21,220 nt of DNA, taken from the NCBI RefSeq assembly GCF_001598795.1, contig NZ_BCZP01000046.1, positions 1 through 21,220 on the forward strand. Reading direction: 5' to 3'. The notes under the pieces were generated by a model. It did no database searches. It was given only the letters and a program-made list of their open reading frames with translations, and was not told the origin of the DNA. This document shows positions 1 to 6,220 of the stretch, piece by piece; the stretch's first letter is position 1, and every line of letters begins with the position of its first letter. A program made the position numbers and the translations under genes. This DNA comes from Delftia acidovorans NBRC 14950. Lineage in GTDB: Bacteria > Pseudomonadota > Gammaproteobacteria > Burkholderiales > Burkholderiaceae_C.

Positions 1-260
1 GCCATGTGTTGGAGCAGGGCGCCCTGGTGCTGCTGGGCCCTGACGATGCTCGGCCGTCCGACAACCTGCTGGCGCGCGTGCTGATGTGGCGGGACGCTTT
101 GCCCCCCGGCGAATTGCTGGACCGGGTAGACGCCGTACTCAACGATGCCAAAGACTGGCTGCGCTACAGTGAGACCGTGGCGGCGGTGGCTGCAGTGCTG
201 GGCCTGACTGCAGAGCAGATAGACGCGCTGTTCGTCTGGGCAGCAGCGCAGCGCGCCTAG
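1..260 (+). CDS. 3' end of a phage gene truncated by the window edge (unknown function)
   Basis: The frame is open from nt 3 to the TAG at 258-260. It lies directly upstream of the lysis cassette on the same strand. No family recognised. Confidence 0.45.
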   Translation, partial: HVLEQGALVLLGPDDARPSDNLLARVLMWRDALPPGELLDRVDAVLNDAKDWLRYSETVAAVAAVLGLTAEQIDALFVWAAAQRA

Positions 261-310
261 CCCCCGTGTAGGGTTCGCCAGCGCGGCCCGGCCCCGGAAT
301 CATCGGGGCC

Positions 311-622
311 ATGAAGAAATACCTCGTATCCCTACTCGCGCTGATGGGCATCCACCAGCACCTGAGCGCCGAGCAGCGGCAGGACATTGCCGGCGCCATC
401 ATGCAGGCCACGCCGGGCGCCGCCGCGACTGGGGTGTTCAAGGTTTGGGGCTTGCCGTTGAGCGACTGGCTCGTCGTCGCGTCCCTGGCCTTCATTGCGC
501 TGCAGGCCGGTTATCTGGTCTGGAAGTGGCGCCAGGACTATCAGCGCGCCCAGCAGCGGCAGCGCCTCGCGCGCCTGGCAGGCCTGAAGCCTGAGGCCGA
601 GACCGACTGGGGGCCGCTGTGA
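311..622 (+). CDS. Putative phage holin
   Basis: 103 aa with three hydrophobic segments (YLVSLLALMGI, AIMQATPGAAATGVFKVWGL, WLVVASLAFIALQAGYLVW) and a strongly charged C-tail (KWRQDYQRAQQRQRLARL). Its stop overlaps the endolysin GTG start (GTGA at 619-622). Called from position and topology, not from a family match. Confidence 0.6.
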   Translation: MKKYLVSLLALMGIHQHLSAEQRQDIAGAIMQATPGAAATGVFKVWGLPLSDWLVVASLAFIALQAGYLVWKWRQDYQRAQQRQRLARLAGLKPEAETDWGPL

Positions 623-1203
623 GCAAGGCCCCGCGCACCGCCGTCGCGGCGCTCACCATCTCGGCCGCCGGCCTGCTGGCCACGCTGGGCGCAGAGGGCT
701 TCCGGTCTGACCCGCACATCCCGACGCAGGGCGACCGGCCAACCATCGGCCACGGCTCCACGGTCTACGAGGACGGCACGCCCGTGCAGCTGTCGGACCC
801 ACCGATCACCCGCGAGCGGGCGCTGCAGCTGGTGCGCAGCCACTCATCGAAGGACGAGGCCATGTTCCGCAGCAGCCTGCCGGGAGTGGCCCTGTACCAG
901 GCGGAATACGACCTCTACCTGGACTTCACCTACCAGTACGGCATAGGCGCCTGGCGCACCAGTCCCATGCGCACGCGCCTGCTGGCTGGACAGTTCGCGC
1001 CCGCCTGCCAGGCTCTGCTGGGATATCGCTTCATGACCAGTCCCAAACGCGAGGGGCCGGGCTGGGAGCCATACCAGTGGAATGTGGTAGGCCGCCCCAT
1101 GCGCTGGCGGTTCGATTGCAGCACGCCAGGCAATCGCATCTGCCGGGGTGTCTGGACCCGTCAACAGGCGCGGCATGCCGCGTGCATGGAGGCTCAGCCA
1201 TGA
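619..1203 (+). CDS. Phage lysozyme (GH24 / PF00959-type endolysin) with an N-terminal SAR-like anchor
   Basis: 194 aa with a GTG start. It has the catalytic-region block AEGFRSDPHIPTQGDRPTIGHGST and the later block LYQAEYDLYLDFTYQYGIGAWRTSPMRTRLLAGQF typical of T4/P21-type lysozymes. The Ala/Gly/Thr-rich weakly hydrophobic N-terminus (TAVAALTISAAGLLATLGA) sits immediately before the catalytic Glu, as in signal-arrest-release endolysins. Confidence 0.85.
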   Translation: MSKAPRTAVAALTISAAGLLATLGAEGFRSDPHIPTQGDRPTIGHGSTVYEDGTPVQLSDPPITRERALQLVRSHSSKDEAMFRSSLPGVALYQAEYDLYLDFTYQYGIGAWRTSPMRTRLLAGQFAPACQALLGYRFMTSPKREGPGWEPYQWNVVGRPMRWRFDCSTPGNRICRGVWTRQQARHAACMEAQP

Positions 1204-1762
1204 ACGCCCTGTGGATCGCAATGTGGTGGTACTGGTGGAGGGGCGGCCGGTGATCCCCGCGCTCTACACCCACCTGGCCGCCGCCGCCGTGGCCGCCGCG
1301 CTGGCATGGCAGTTCCAGGGCGCACGTCTGGACGCCGAGCTAGCCGAGGCCCGGCTGGAAACCACCACTCAGCAACTGGCCACCAGCACCGCCCAGCGCG
1401 CGGCCGACGCCCGCGTGCGTCAGGCCGAGAAGGCCATGAACACGAAATACCAAGGAGCTCTCAATGCCGCCCGTGACCGCGAGGCGCTGCTGCGCCGTGA
1501 TCGTGACCATCTGCTCGCTGTTGCTGACGGCCTGCGCGAGCAATCCGCAGATGCCGCCCGCCGACTTGCCAGCGCTCCCCCCGCTGCCGTCCTTGAGTAC
1601 GCCACTGCCCTCGGAGTCGTATTTGAAGACTGCCGCGCAGCGTATGGGGACATGGCAGCAAAGGCTGCAGGGCACGCAGCTGATGTCCAAACCCTCGGTG
1701 CCGCTTGGCCCGTGATCCCGAGCCTGCCGGCCGCAGGCACCACCACAGAGAGCCACCCATGA
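1175..1762 (+). CDS. Rz-like i-spanin
   Basis: Follows the endolysin. It has one TM segment (IPALYTHLAAAAVAAALAWQF) followed by a long Ala/Arg/Glu-rich helical region, and it contains the o-spanin gene in the +1 frame. The start is uncertain: ATG 1175 is the only ATG, with alternative GTGs at 1148 and 1223. Confidence 0.7.
   Translation: MPRAWRLSHERPVDRNVVVLVEGRPVIPALYTHLAAAAVAAALAWQFQGARLDAELAEARLETTTQQLATSTAQRAADARVRQAEKAMNTKYQGALNAARDREALLRRDRDHLLAVADGLREQSADAARRLASAPPAAVLEYATALGVVFEDCRAAYGDMAAKAAGHAADVQTLGAAWPVIPSLPAAGTTTESHP
1464..1715 (+). CDS. Rz1-like o-spanin (outer-membrane lipoprotein), fully embedded in the i-spanin gene
   Basis: 83 aa in the +1 frame inside 1175-1762. It has a signal peptide ending in the lipobox L-T-A-C (Cys24) and a short proline-rich mature part (PQMPPADLPALPPLPSLSTPLPSE). 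This is the classic embedded Rz/Rz1 architecture. Confidence 0.75.
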   Translation: MPPVTARRCCAVIVTICSLLLTACASNPQMPPADLPALPPLPSLSTPLPSESYLKTAAQRMGTWQQRLQGTQLMSKPSVPLGP

Positions 1763-2415
1763 CACAACACACCTGCGGCAGCAATGGCTGCGGCCACGCC
1801 TCCGACTGCGCCCCGCGCGCGCCAGGCGCGCTGGAGTCCAAGACCTACGCCGACGGCACAACAGCCACCGGCCCAGGCCCTCTGCCCGACCTATCTCCGA
1901 CCGAACAGTCCATCGAGGCCGAGATCCAGGCCAAGGGCAAGACCGCGCCGCGCGTCACCCCGGATGACATCCAGCGGGAGATCGTGGAGGAGACCTACTT
2001 CACTGCTGCCGAAGGCCGGCATGGCCACTCGCACAAGAACCACGGCTTCGATTACGACGAACCCGCCGACAGCCCGCTCAATCTGCTGACCTTCTGCGTG
2101 CTACGCCTGCGCAACGGCTTCACTGTGACAGGCGAAAGCGCGTGCGCCAGCCCCGAGAACTTCGATGCCGAGATCGGCCGCCGCATCGCGCGCGAAAATG
2201 CTGTGCAGAAGATCTGGCCGCTGCTGGGCTTCCGGCTGCGCGACAAGCTTGCGGGCATCAATGACCCCAGCAAGGCGGCGCAGGTCCTGGGCGAGGTGCT
2301 TTCTGTGGTGCAGCACTACCTGCCGCCGGACGGAGGCACGGTGCACGAGGCGATGGACAAGATCATCGGGCTTGTGGACCCCTGGCCGTTGAGCAATCGT
2401 CCGGTTGGAGCCTAG
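1759..2415 (+). CDS. Phage Gp49-like protein (N4 gp49 / Sf6 gp66 family)
   Basis: The ATG at 1759 overlaps the Rz stop (ATGA). The C-terminal block LTFCVLRLRNGFTVTGESACASPENFDAEIGRRIARENAVQKIWPLLGFRLRDKL matches my memory of the Phage_gp49_66 family. Confidence 0.7.
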   Translation: MTQHTCGSNGCGHASDCAPRAPGALESKTYADGTTATGPGPLPDLSPTEQSIEAEIQAKGKTAPRVTPDDIQREIVEETYFTAAEGRHGHSHKNHGFDYDEPADSPLNLLTFCVLRLRNGFTVTGESACASPENFDAEIGRRIARENAVQKIWPLLGFRLRDKLAGINDPSKAAQVLGEVLSVVQHYLPPDGGTVHEAMDKIIGLVDPWPLSNRPVGA

Positions 2416-2699
2416 GCCGCAGGCGCCGGGTCAGCCGGCGCTATCGACACGACCGTGCCGTCGATTGCGATCATTTCACCCTTGGTGCTGGGGTCCGCAT
2501 CGAGCGGCACGCCCCACATCGTCCCGGGGTGCTCGCCCTTGTGCATCACATGGTCCAGGTGATACAGCTCCTCGGGCGGCAACCTGAACCGCTGGGGGTA
2601 CTTGTCGCCGTGGGCCTTCCAATGTCCAGCGAAACCTGCAACGACGCGCTGGTGGACTGTGTGCTTGGGATGTGTCGGATCTATTGCCATGCGCGGCAT
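2412..2699 (-). CDS. Hypothetical phage protein (95 aa), last gene of a four-gene leftward operon
   Basis: The ATG at 2699 lies 11 nt after the stop of the upstream ORF (2710). The sequence is protein-like (MPRMAIDPTHPKHTVHQRVVAGFAGHWKAHGDKYPQRF...). The longer upstream extension in the ORF track looks like non-coding read-through. Confidence 0.5.
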   Translation of the reverse strand: MPRMAIDPTHPKHTVHQRVVAGFAGHWKAHGDKYPQRFRLPPEELYHLDHVMHKGEHPGTMWGVPLDADPSTKGEMIAIDGTVVSIAPADPAPAA

Positions 2700-2709
2700 T
2701 GTGCCGTGC

Positions 2710-2919
2710 TCAGCCCTCGGGGCAGCGCTCCATAGCCCAGTCCAGTGCCGCCTCGGCCGTGTCGTGCGGCCCGTCGAACGCGCGGATGCCGCGCTCATCG
2801 TCCCAGAGGCTGCCAGTCCAGCGCCTGGCAGCAGGGAAGGGCAGGCGGCCATAGTCCACGACGACCGCGTACCAGCCTGGCGCCGTGGGCGTGCAGCCCC
2901 AGGTCAGGCCATCAGCCAT
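2710..2919 (-). CDS. Hypothetical phage protein (69 aa)
   Basis: Its start overlaps the stop of the upstream ORF (ATGGCTGA at 2919-2912), indicating translational coupling. Confidence 0.5.
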   Translation of the reverse strand: MADGLTWGCTPTAPGWYAVVVDYGRLPFPAARRWTGSLWDDERGIRAFDGPHDTAEAALDWAMERCPEG

Positions 2920-3115
2920 GGCGCGCTGGCAGCACCTGCACCGGCCCGAGCCCGCTGTGCACGACCTTGCCGCCTGGGCCTCGCACCACGAACCAGTCCC
3001 TGTCCTCCTGCTCGATGCGGTAATCTTCTGGCCGCCCCGGAAGCAACTCTTCCTCTGGCTGGCCGAACCAGGGGTGCATGCGCAAGATGGTTGGGTAGAT
3101 CAGCGGCGGGTGCAT
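2912..3115 (-). CDS. Hypothetical phage protein (67 aa)
   Basis: The ATG at 3115 is preceded by AGGAGG and lies 12 nt after the stop of the 151-aa ORF. Confidence 0.55.
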   Translation of the reverse strand: MHPPLIYPTILRMHPWFGQPEEELLPGRPEDYRIEQEDRDWFVVRGPGGKVVHSGLGPVQVLPARHG

Positions 3116-3127
3116 GACTGCCTCCTA

Positions 3128-3583
3128 TCAACGTGTGAATGGCATCTCGCGCCCTTGCTCTGCATGCCACTGTCTTGCAACGCTGGGCGTCTCGGAACGA
3201 GGAGGCAGTGTCTCGGGTAGCTTCGGAGTGAAACGGGCGGCATCGAATTTCTTCAGCGGCGCGGCGTCGAGGGAGGCAATGGGGCGGATGAGCCACATCT
3301 GCTCGTATTCTGCAATGCCCTCCTCGATTCGGGCGCAGACGTGGCCGCGCCAAAGCATGGCATCGCCAAGTACGTCCAGCAGGACGGGCTCGAACATGCG
3401 GGGACCTGGTATGTCATGGCCGCTCCACCTGACCCAAAGGGACGCGGTGCGCATGTTGCGCCTGCTGTTGTTTGTCTTGCCATCGTCGTATGCAATGCGC
3501 AGGTCTCCTCGGACGGGGGCTGGCCAGTCCTTGGGCGCTAGGCGGAGGCCGGCGCGGCGGAGTTCGATGAGTTCGCAAAACAC
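3128..3583 (-). CDS. Hypothetical phage protein (151 aa), first gene of the leftward operon next to a LexA box
   Basis: This is the longest ORF on this strand and leads three coupled downstream genes. It uses a GTG start at 3583 with no SD, and that start abuts the SOS box, so the start is uncertain. No family recognised. Confidence 0.5.
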   Translation of the reverse strand: MFCELIELRRAGLRLAPKDWPAPVRGDLRIAYDDGKTNNSRRNMRTASLWVRWSGHDIPGPRMFEPVLLDVLGDAMLWRGHVCARIEEGIAEYEQMWLIRPIASLDAAPLKKFDAARFTPKLPETLPPRSETPSVARQWHAEQGREMPFTR

Positions 3584-3598
3584 TGTGTAAATATACAG
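3583..3598. promoter_or_regulatory. LexA (SOS) box, CTGT-N8-ACAG
   Basis: CTGTGTAAATATACAG is a perfect CTGT-N8-ACAG palindrome with an AT-rich spacer. It lies in the 51-bp divergent intergenic region between the 151-aa ORF (minus) and the SRAP gene (plus, ATG at 3635). Confidence 0.65.
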
Positions 3599-3634
3599 CT
3601 ATAGGATTGACGCCGGAAAAGTTAGCATCCACTT

Positions 3635-4297
3635 ATGTGCAATCGATATAAGTCACCCCGGGAAGATGAGATCGAACGCATTTGGCGCGTGGGATCGCAG
3701 AGCCCGAACCGATGGTGGGATGTCGAGGTGTTCCCGCGCGGCACTGGCGCGTTCGTGCGCCGCGCGCAGGAAGACACGGGCTACAGCCGCGAACTCGTGG
3801 CGGGGCAGTGGGGCCTGATCCCCTGGTTTGCGAAAGAGCCGAAGCTCAAGTACCCGACGAACAACGCGCGCTCCGAAGAACTGGCGGCCAAGGCCAGTTA
3901 CAAGCACCCGTGGGCTCGGGGACAGCGCTGCATCATCCCAGCGAGCAGCTTTGACGAACCCAACTGGGAAACTGGCAAAAACGTTTGGTGGAGGTTCGCC
4001 CGCGCGGATGGTGACCCGTGGGGTCTCGCTGGGCTCTGGAATGTGTGGACCGACCCTGTCACGGGGCAGATCCATGAAAGCTACACGATGCTCACAATCA
4101 ATGCCGATGCGCACCCGCTCATGTCGAGGATGCACAAGCCGGACCCGAAGCTGCCAGCGGATCGGCAGGACAAGCGGAGCGTGATCCCCATCGAGCTCGC
4201 GGACGTGGACCAGTGGCTTGCGGGGACAGTGGTCGAGGCCTCTGAGCTGCTGCGTGTGGCTCCGGTCGAAGTGTTCAACGCCGGCCCTGTTGCCTAA
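3635..4297 (+). CDS. SOS-response-associated peptidase (SRAP / YedK / HMCES family)
   Basis: 220 aa starting MCNRY (catalytic Cys2 after Met removal). The family-typical length and blocks are present (WGLIPWFAK, ARSEELAAKASY, RCIIPASSFDE). Confidence 0.9.
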   Translation: MCNRYKSPREDEIERIWRVGSQSPNRWWDVEVFPRGTGAFVRRAQEDTGYSRELVAGQWGLIPWFAKEPKLKYPTNNARSEELAAKASYKHPWARGQRCIIPASSFDEPNWETGKNVWWRFARADGDPWGLAGLWNVWTDPVTGQIHESYTMLTINADAHPLMSRMHKPDPKLPADRQDKRSVIPIELADVDQWLAGTVVEASELLRVAPVEVFNAGPVA

Positions 4298-4763
4298 GAT
4301 TCGCGCGCCAGTCCCATGGCGCCACTGGATCGGTATCTGCCCACAGGCCCACGCGCTTGGCCTTGGCTTCCTGCTCGGCGAATTCGTACTGCCCGCGCTC
4401 CTGGGCAGACTGCTCGCGGGAGTAGTGGCGATACCACCAGGCCATCCCCTGGGTGACCATGGCCAGGCCAGCGTCAAGCGTGCGCTGGCCATTGGGCGAC
4501 GATGCCGGCGCGACCCAAACGCTGCAGACGTGGCGCTTGTACCTGTCGATCTTGTTGCAGCGCAGCTCGGCTTCCTGGCGGTATGTGAGGTCGCTCAGGG
4601 CCTGCTTGGCACGCGCTCCGTAGGGCTGCCGGCTCTCCGGCGCATCGATCCCGCCGATGCGGACCTTGACCTGCTGATATTCGCCCGGCTGACCGCAGCG
4701 CGCAGTGATGGTATCGCCGTCGCTGATGCCGACGACAAGGCAAAGGAGGGTAGCTGCGAGCAT
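4275..4763 (-). CDS. Thermonuclease (staphylococcal nuclease / SNase-like)
   Basis: 162 aa with the SNase blocks DGDTITARC...VRIGGIDAPE...YG..AK and a C-terminal EAKAKRVGLW. A short hydrophobic N-terminus is present. The 3' end overlaps the SRAP 3' end by 23 nt (convergent). Confidence 0.88.
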   Translation of the reverse strand: MLAATLLCLVVGISDGDTITARCGQPGEYQQVKVRIGGIDAPESRQPYGARAKQALSDLTYRQEAELRCNKIDRYKRHVCSVWVAPASSPNGQRTLDAGLAMVTQGMAWWYRHYSREQSAQERGQYEFAEQEAKAKRVGLWADTDPVAPWDWRANLRQQGRR

Positions 4764-4911
4764 GCTGAATTCTGGGATGAATGGCGTTTACAAAATGATG
4801 CAATAAACCCGTAATTTCTGCAGCGCCGAGCAGATTGCCATAGGTTGCCACGGCTTGTTTTTAGAAATTGGGAAATTCACACCGGATTCACGCAGCCCAG
4901 CCACAAGGCGC

Positions 4912-4957
4912 GTGGATATTGGGTCGGACGCGGGTTCAATTCCCGCCAGCTCCACCA
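4912..4957 (+). ncRNA. ssrA: tmRNA (ssrA) 3'-terminal fragment (T-arm + acceptor 3' strand + CCA); probable prophage att remnant
   Basis: GGACGCGGGTTCAATTCCCGCCAGCTCCACCA is near-identical to the conserved 3' end of one-piece tmRNA. No GGGGCTG 5' end, tag ORF or CTAAGCATGTAG block is found upstream, where the nuclease CDS lies. The 5' limit of homology is uncertain. Confidence 0.75.
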
Positions 4958-4966
4958 TCCAAGACA

Positions 4967-5007
4967 CCGCCACACACTGATGACCTCAGCGTGTGGCGGT
5001 TTTTTTT
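4967..5007 (+). terminator. Rho-independent terminator downstream of the ssrA 3' end
   Basis: A 9-bp stem (CCGCCACAC / GTGTGGCGG at 4967-4975 and 4991-4999) is followed by T8. Confidence 0.85.
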
Positions 5008-5099
5008 GCCTTCAATTGTCCTGCGGTGTCGTCAGAATCGCACGGATTTCGCACGGGCTGCGGGAGCGGGCTCGGCGAGGAGGCTGGCCCAGGGTTGAT

Positions 5100-5318
5100 T
5101 CAGCTGCTGCCCATGTCGGGCATGGGCTGTTGCGACAGTTCCTGGATCAGCGTGAGGCGGAAATGCGCCAGGGCCTTGGCTCCATGCTGTATGTGGTGCA
5201 GGTCTGCCACCCCGCCGATGCCCGAGACCAGCAGCTCTGGTTTGTTGGACAGGATGACTTCTATGAAGTGGTCAGCCAGTTCTGCTGCCAACAGGGTTTC
5301 TGTGCTCTGTTTGCTCAT
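5100..5318 (-). CDS. Hypothetical small protein (72 aa)
   Basis: The ATG at 5318 is preceded by AAGGAGG. It lies downstream of the H-NS-like gene on the same strand. No family recognised. Confidence 0.5.
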   Translation of the reverse strand: MSKQSTETLLAAELADHFIEVILSNKPELLVSGIGGVADLHHIQHGAKALAHFRLTLIQELSQQPMPDMGSS

Positions 5319-5415
5319 GTGCGTTTCCTCCTTGTGTTGGAAATCGCATGGTATGGCAACGCGGCGAAATAGGGGGCGCCGACTGGGAGGCATGGCCGGC
5401 GCCCGGTGTCGATTC

Positions 5416-5712
5416 TCAGATGGCGAGGCTTGCGCGGTCCTTGCTTTCTATCCACTTGGGCGGCTTGCCGCGGCCTGTCCAGGTGGCGCCGGTTTCTGGG
5501 TTGCGGAATTTGGGCTCTCCCACGCTGTGCTTGCTGGCCTTGCCGGGTTTGCTCTTGGCGGAGGGGAAGACATCCTCCTTCGCCAGGCCATATAGCTGCA
5601 CCATCGCCTTTGCTTCAGCGATCGCATCGGTTTTCGCATTCTGGATGAGTGCGTCGATTTTTTTCTCAAGCTCGGCTTTTTGTTGCAGCAGGGCCTTGTA
5701 GTCGGATGTCAT
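5416..5712 (-). CDS. H-NS family nucleoid-associated protein
   Basis: 98 aa. It has an N-terminal coiled-coil (LLQQKAELEKKIDALIQNAK) and the C-terminal DNA-binding block KFRNPETGATWTGRGKPPKW typical of H-NS/BpH3-like proteins. An AT-rich upstream region lies at 5713-5800. Confidence 0.85.
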   Translation of the reverse strand: MTSDYKALLQQKAELEKKIDALIQNAKTDAIAEAKAMVQLYGLAKEDVFPSAKSKPGKASKHSVGEPKFRNPETGATWTGRGKPPKWIESKDRASLAI

Positions 5713-5874
5713 GGCAATGATGATTTTCAGTGGGAGATGCGCGTGTATATCACGGGTATGAATATTTTGTAAGTTATCAGTAAGAAAAAGAGTGTGCGGA
5801 TGCGGGAATGGTCACCAGCGACGTAGCGCGTTCAGAACAGGTGATGGTGATGGTTGGGGCGATGAGGTGCGCCC

Positions 5875-5903
5875 AAGAAAAAGGCCAGCGGCTTGCGCTG
5901 GCC
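5875..5903 (-). terminator. Rho-independent terminator (minus strand) with no obvious gene upstream of it
   Basis: GGCCAGCG-caagc-CGCTGGCC followed by TTTTTCTT when read on the minus strand. Confidence 0.6.
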
Positions 5904-6220
5904 TGGGAAGAAAGAGCCGGTGCTTTTTGAAAGCTTCCTGGGGGAATGAGAGGGAGGGAGGAGGAAATGCCCCAGACCCGGCAATGAAACGGTGCAGAAA
6001 CTGATGGCGATGATGCCTGCCGTGCGCAGGCCGGCCGATGGGTGAGAGGCGAGTCTGCACGTAGGACGGGGGAGCATCTGTCGAGTCACAGGCTGGTCAT
6101 CTCCATGCGCGATAAACCGGGAGTTGCGCAACCATGGGGGGGAGCGCATTGTTTTTTTATTGCGCATCCATGTCCATTGCTGCCACGCTGATTCCATTTG
6201 TTTTCAACCCGGCCAATCCG

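Larger units (their letters stand above)
1..4957. mobile_element. Right-hand end of a prophage (lysis cassette, accessory genes, att junction in ssrA); left boundary lies outside the window
   Basis: Contains a holin/endolysin/Rz/Rz1 cassette, a Gp49-like gene and a run of small coupled ORFs. A 3' ssrA fragment ending in CCA at 4955-4957 follows, then a strong terminator. Chromosomal-type genes begin after nt 5008. Confidence 0.7.

Noticed and set aside
1200-1253. 17-codon Trp-rich mini-ORF (MNALWIAMWWYWWRGGR) whose ATG overlaps the endolysin stop (ATGA)
   Set aside because: The position is tempting as a coupled i-spanin start. However, the long Rz frame already supplies its own TM segment downstream, and no frameshift is needed. 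It is most likely a chance ORF, and I cannot exclude a tiny membrane peptide.
3653-4814. ORFs 3653-4492 (minus, 279 aa) and 4218-4814 (plus, 198 aa)
   Set aside because: These are antisense to the SRAP and thermonuclease genes respectively, both of which have strong family motifs. The shadow ORFs have none.
4577-4957. Complete tmRNA gene
   Set aside because: Only the terminal T-arm and acceptor segment is present. The region where the tmRNA body would lie is occupied by the well-supported nuclease CDS on the other strand. No GGGGCTG 5' end, tag-peptide ORF or conserved CTAAGCATGTAG block is visible. A permuted two-piece gene is also unlikely, because a terminator follows the CCA immediately.
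4788-4973. 61-aa minus-strand ORF across the ssrA fragment
   Set aside because: It is a translation artefact of the tRNA-like sequence (WMVELAGIEPASDP...).
5941-5973. G-rich tract GGGGAATGAGAGGGAGGGAGGAGGAAATGCCCC as a G-quadruplex
   Set aside because: Only three runs of three or more G are present (GGGG, GGG, GGG), and the fourth run is GG. This does not meet the canonical G3+N1-7 x4 pattern.
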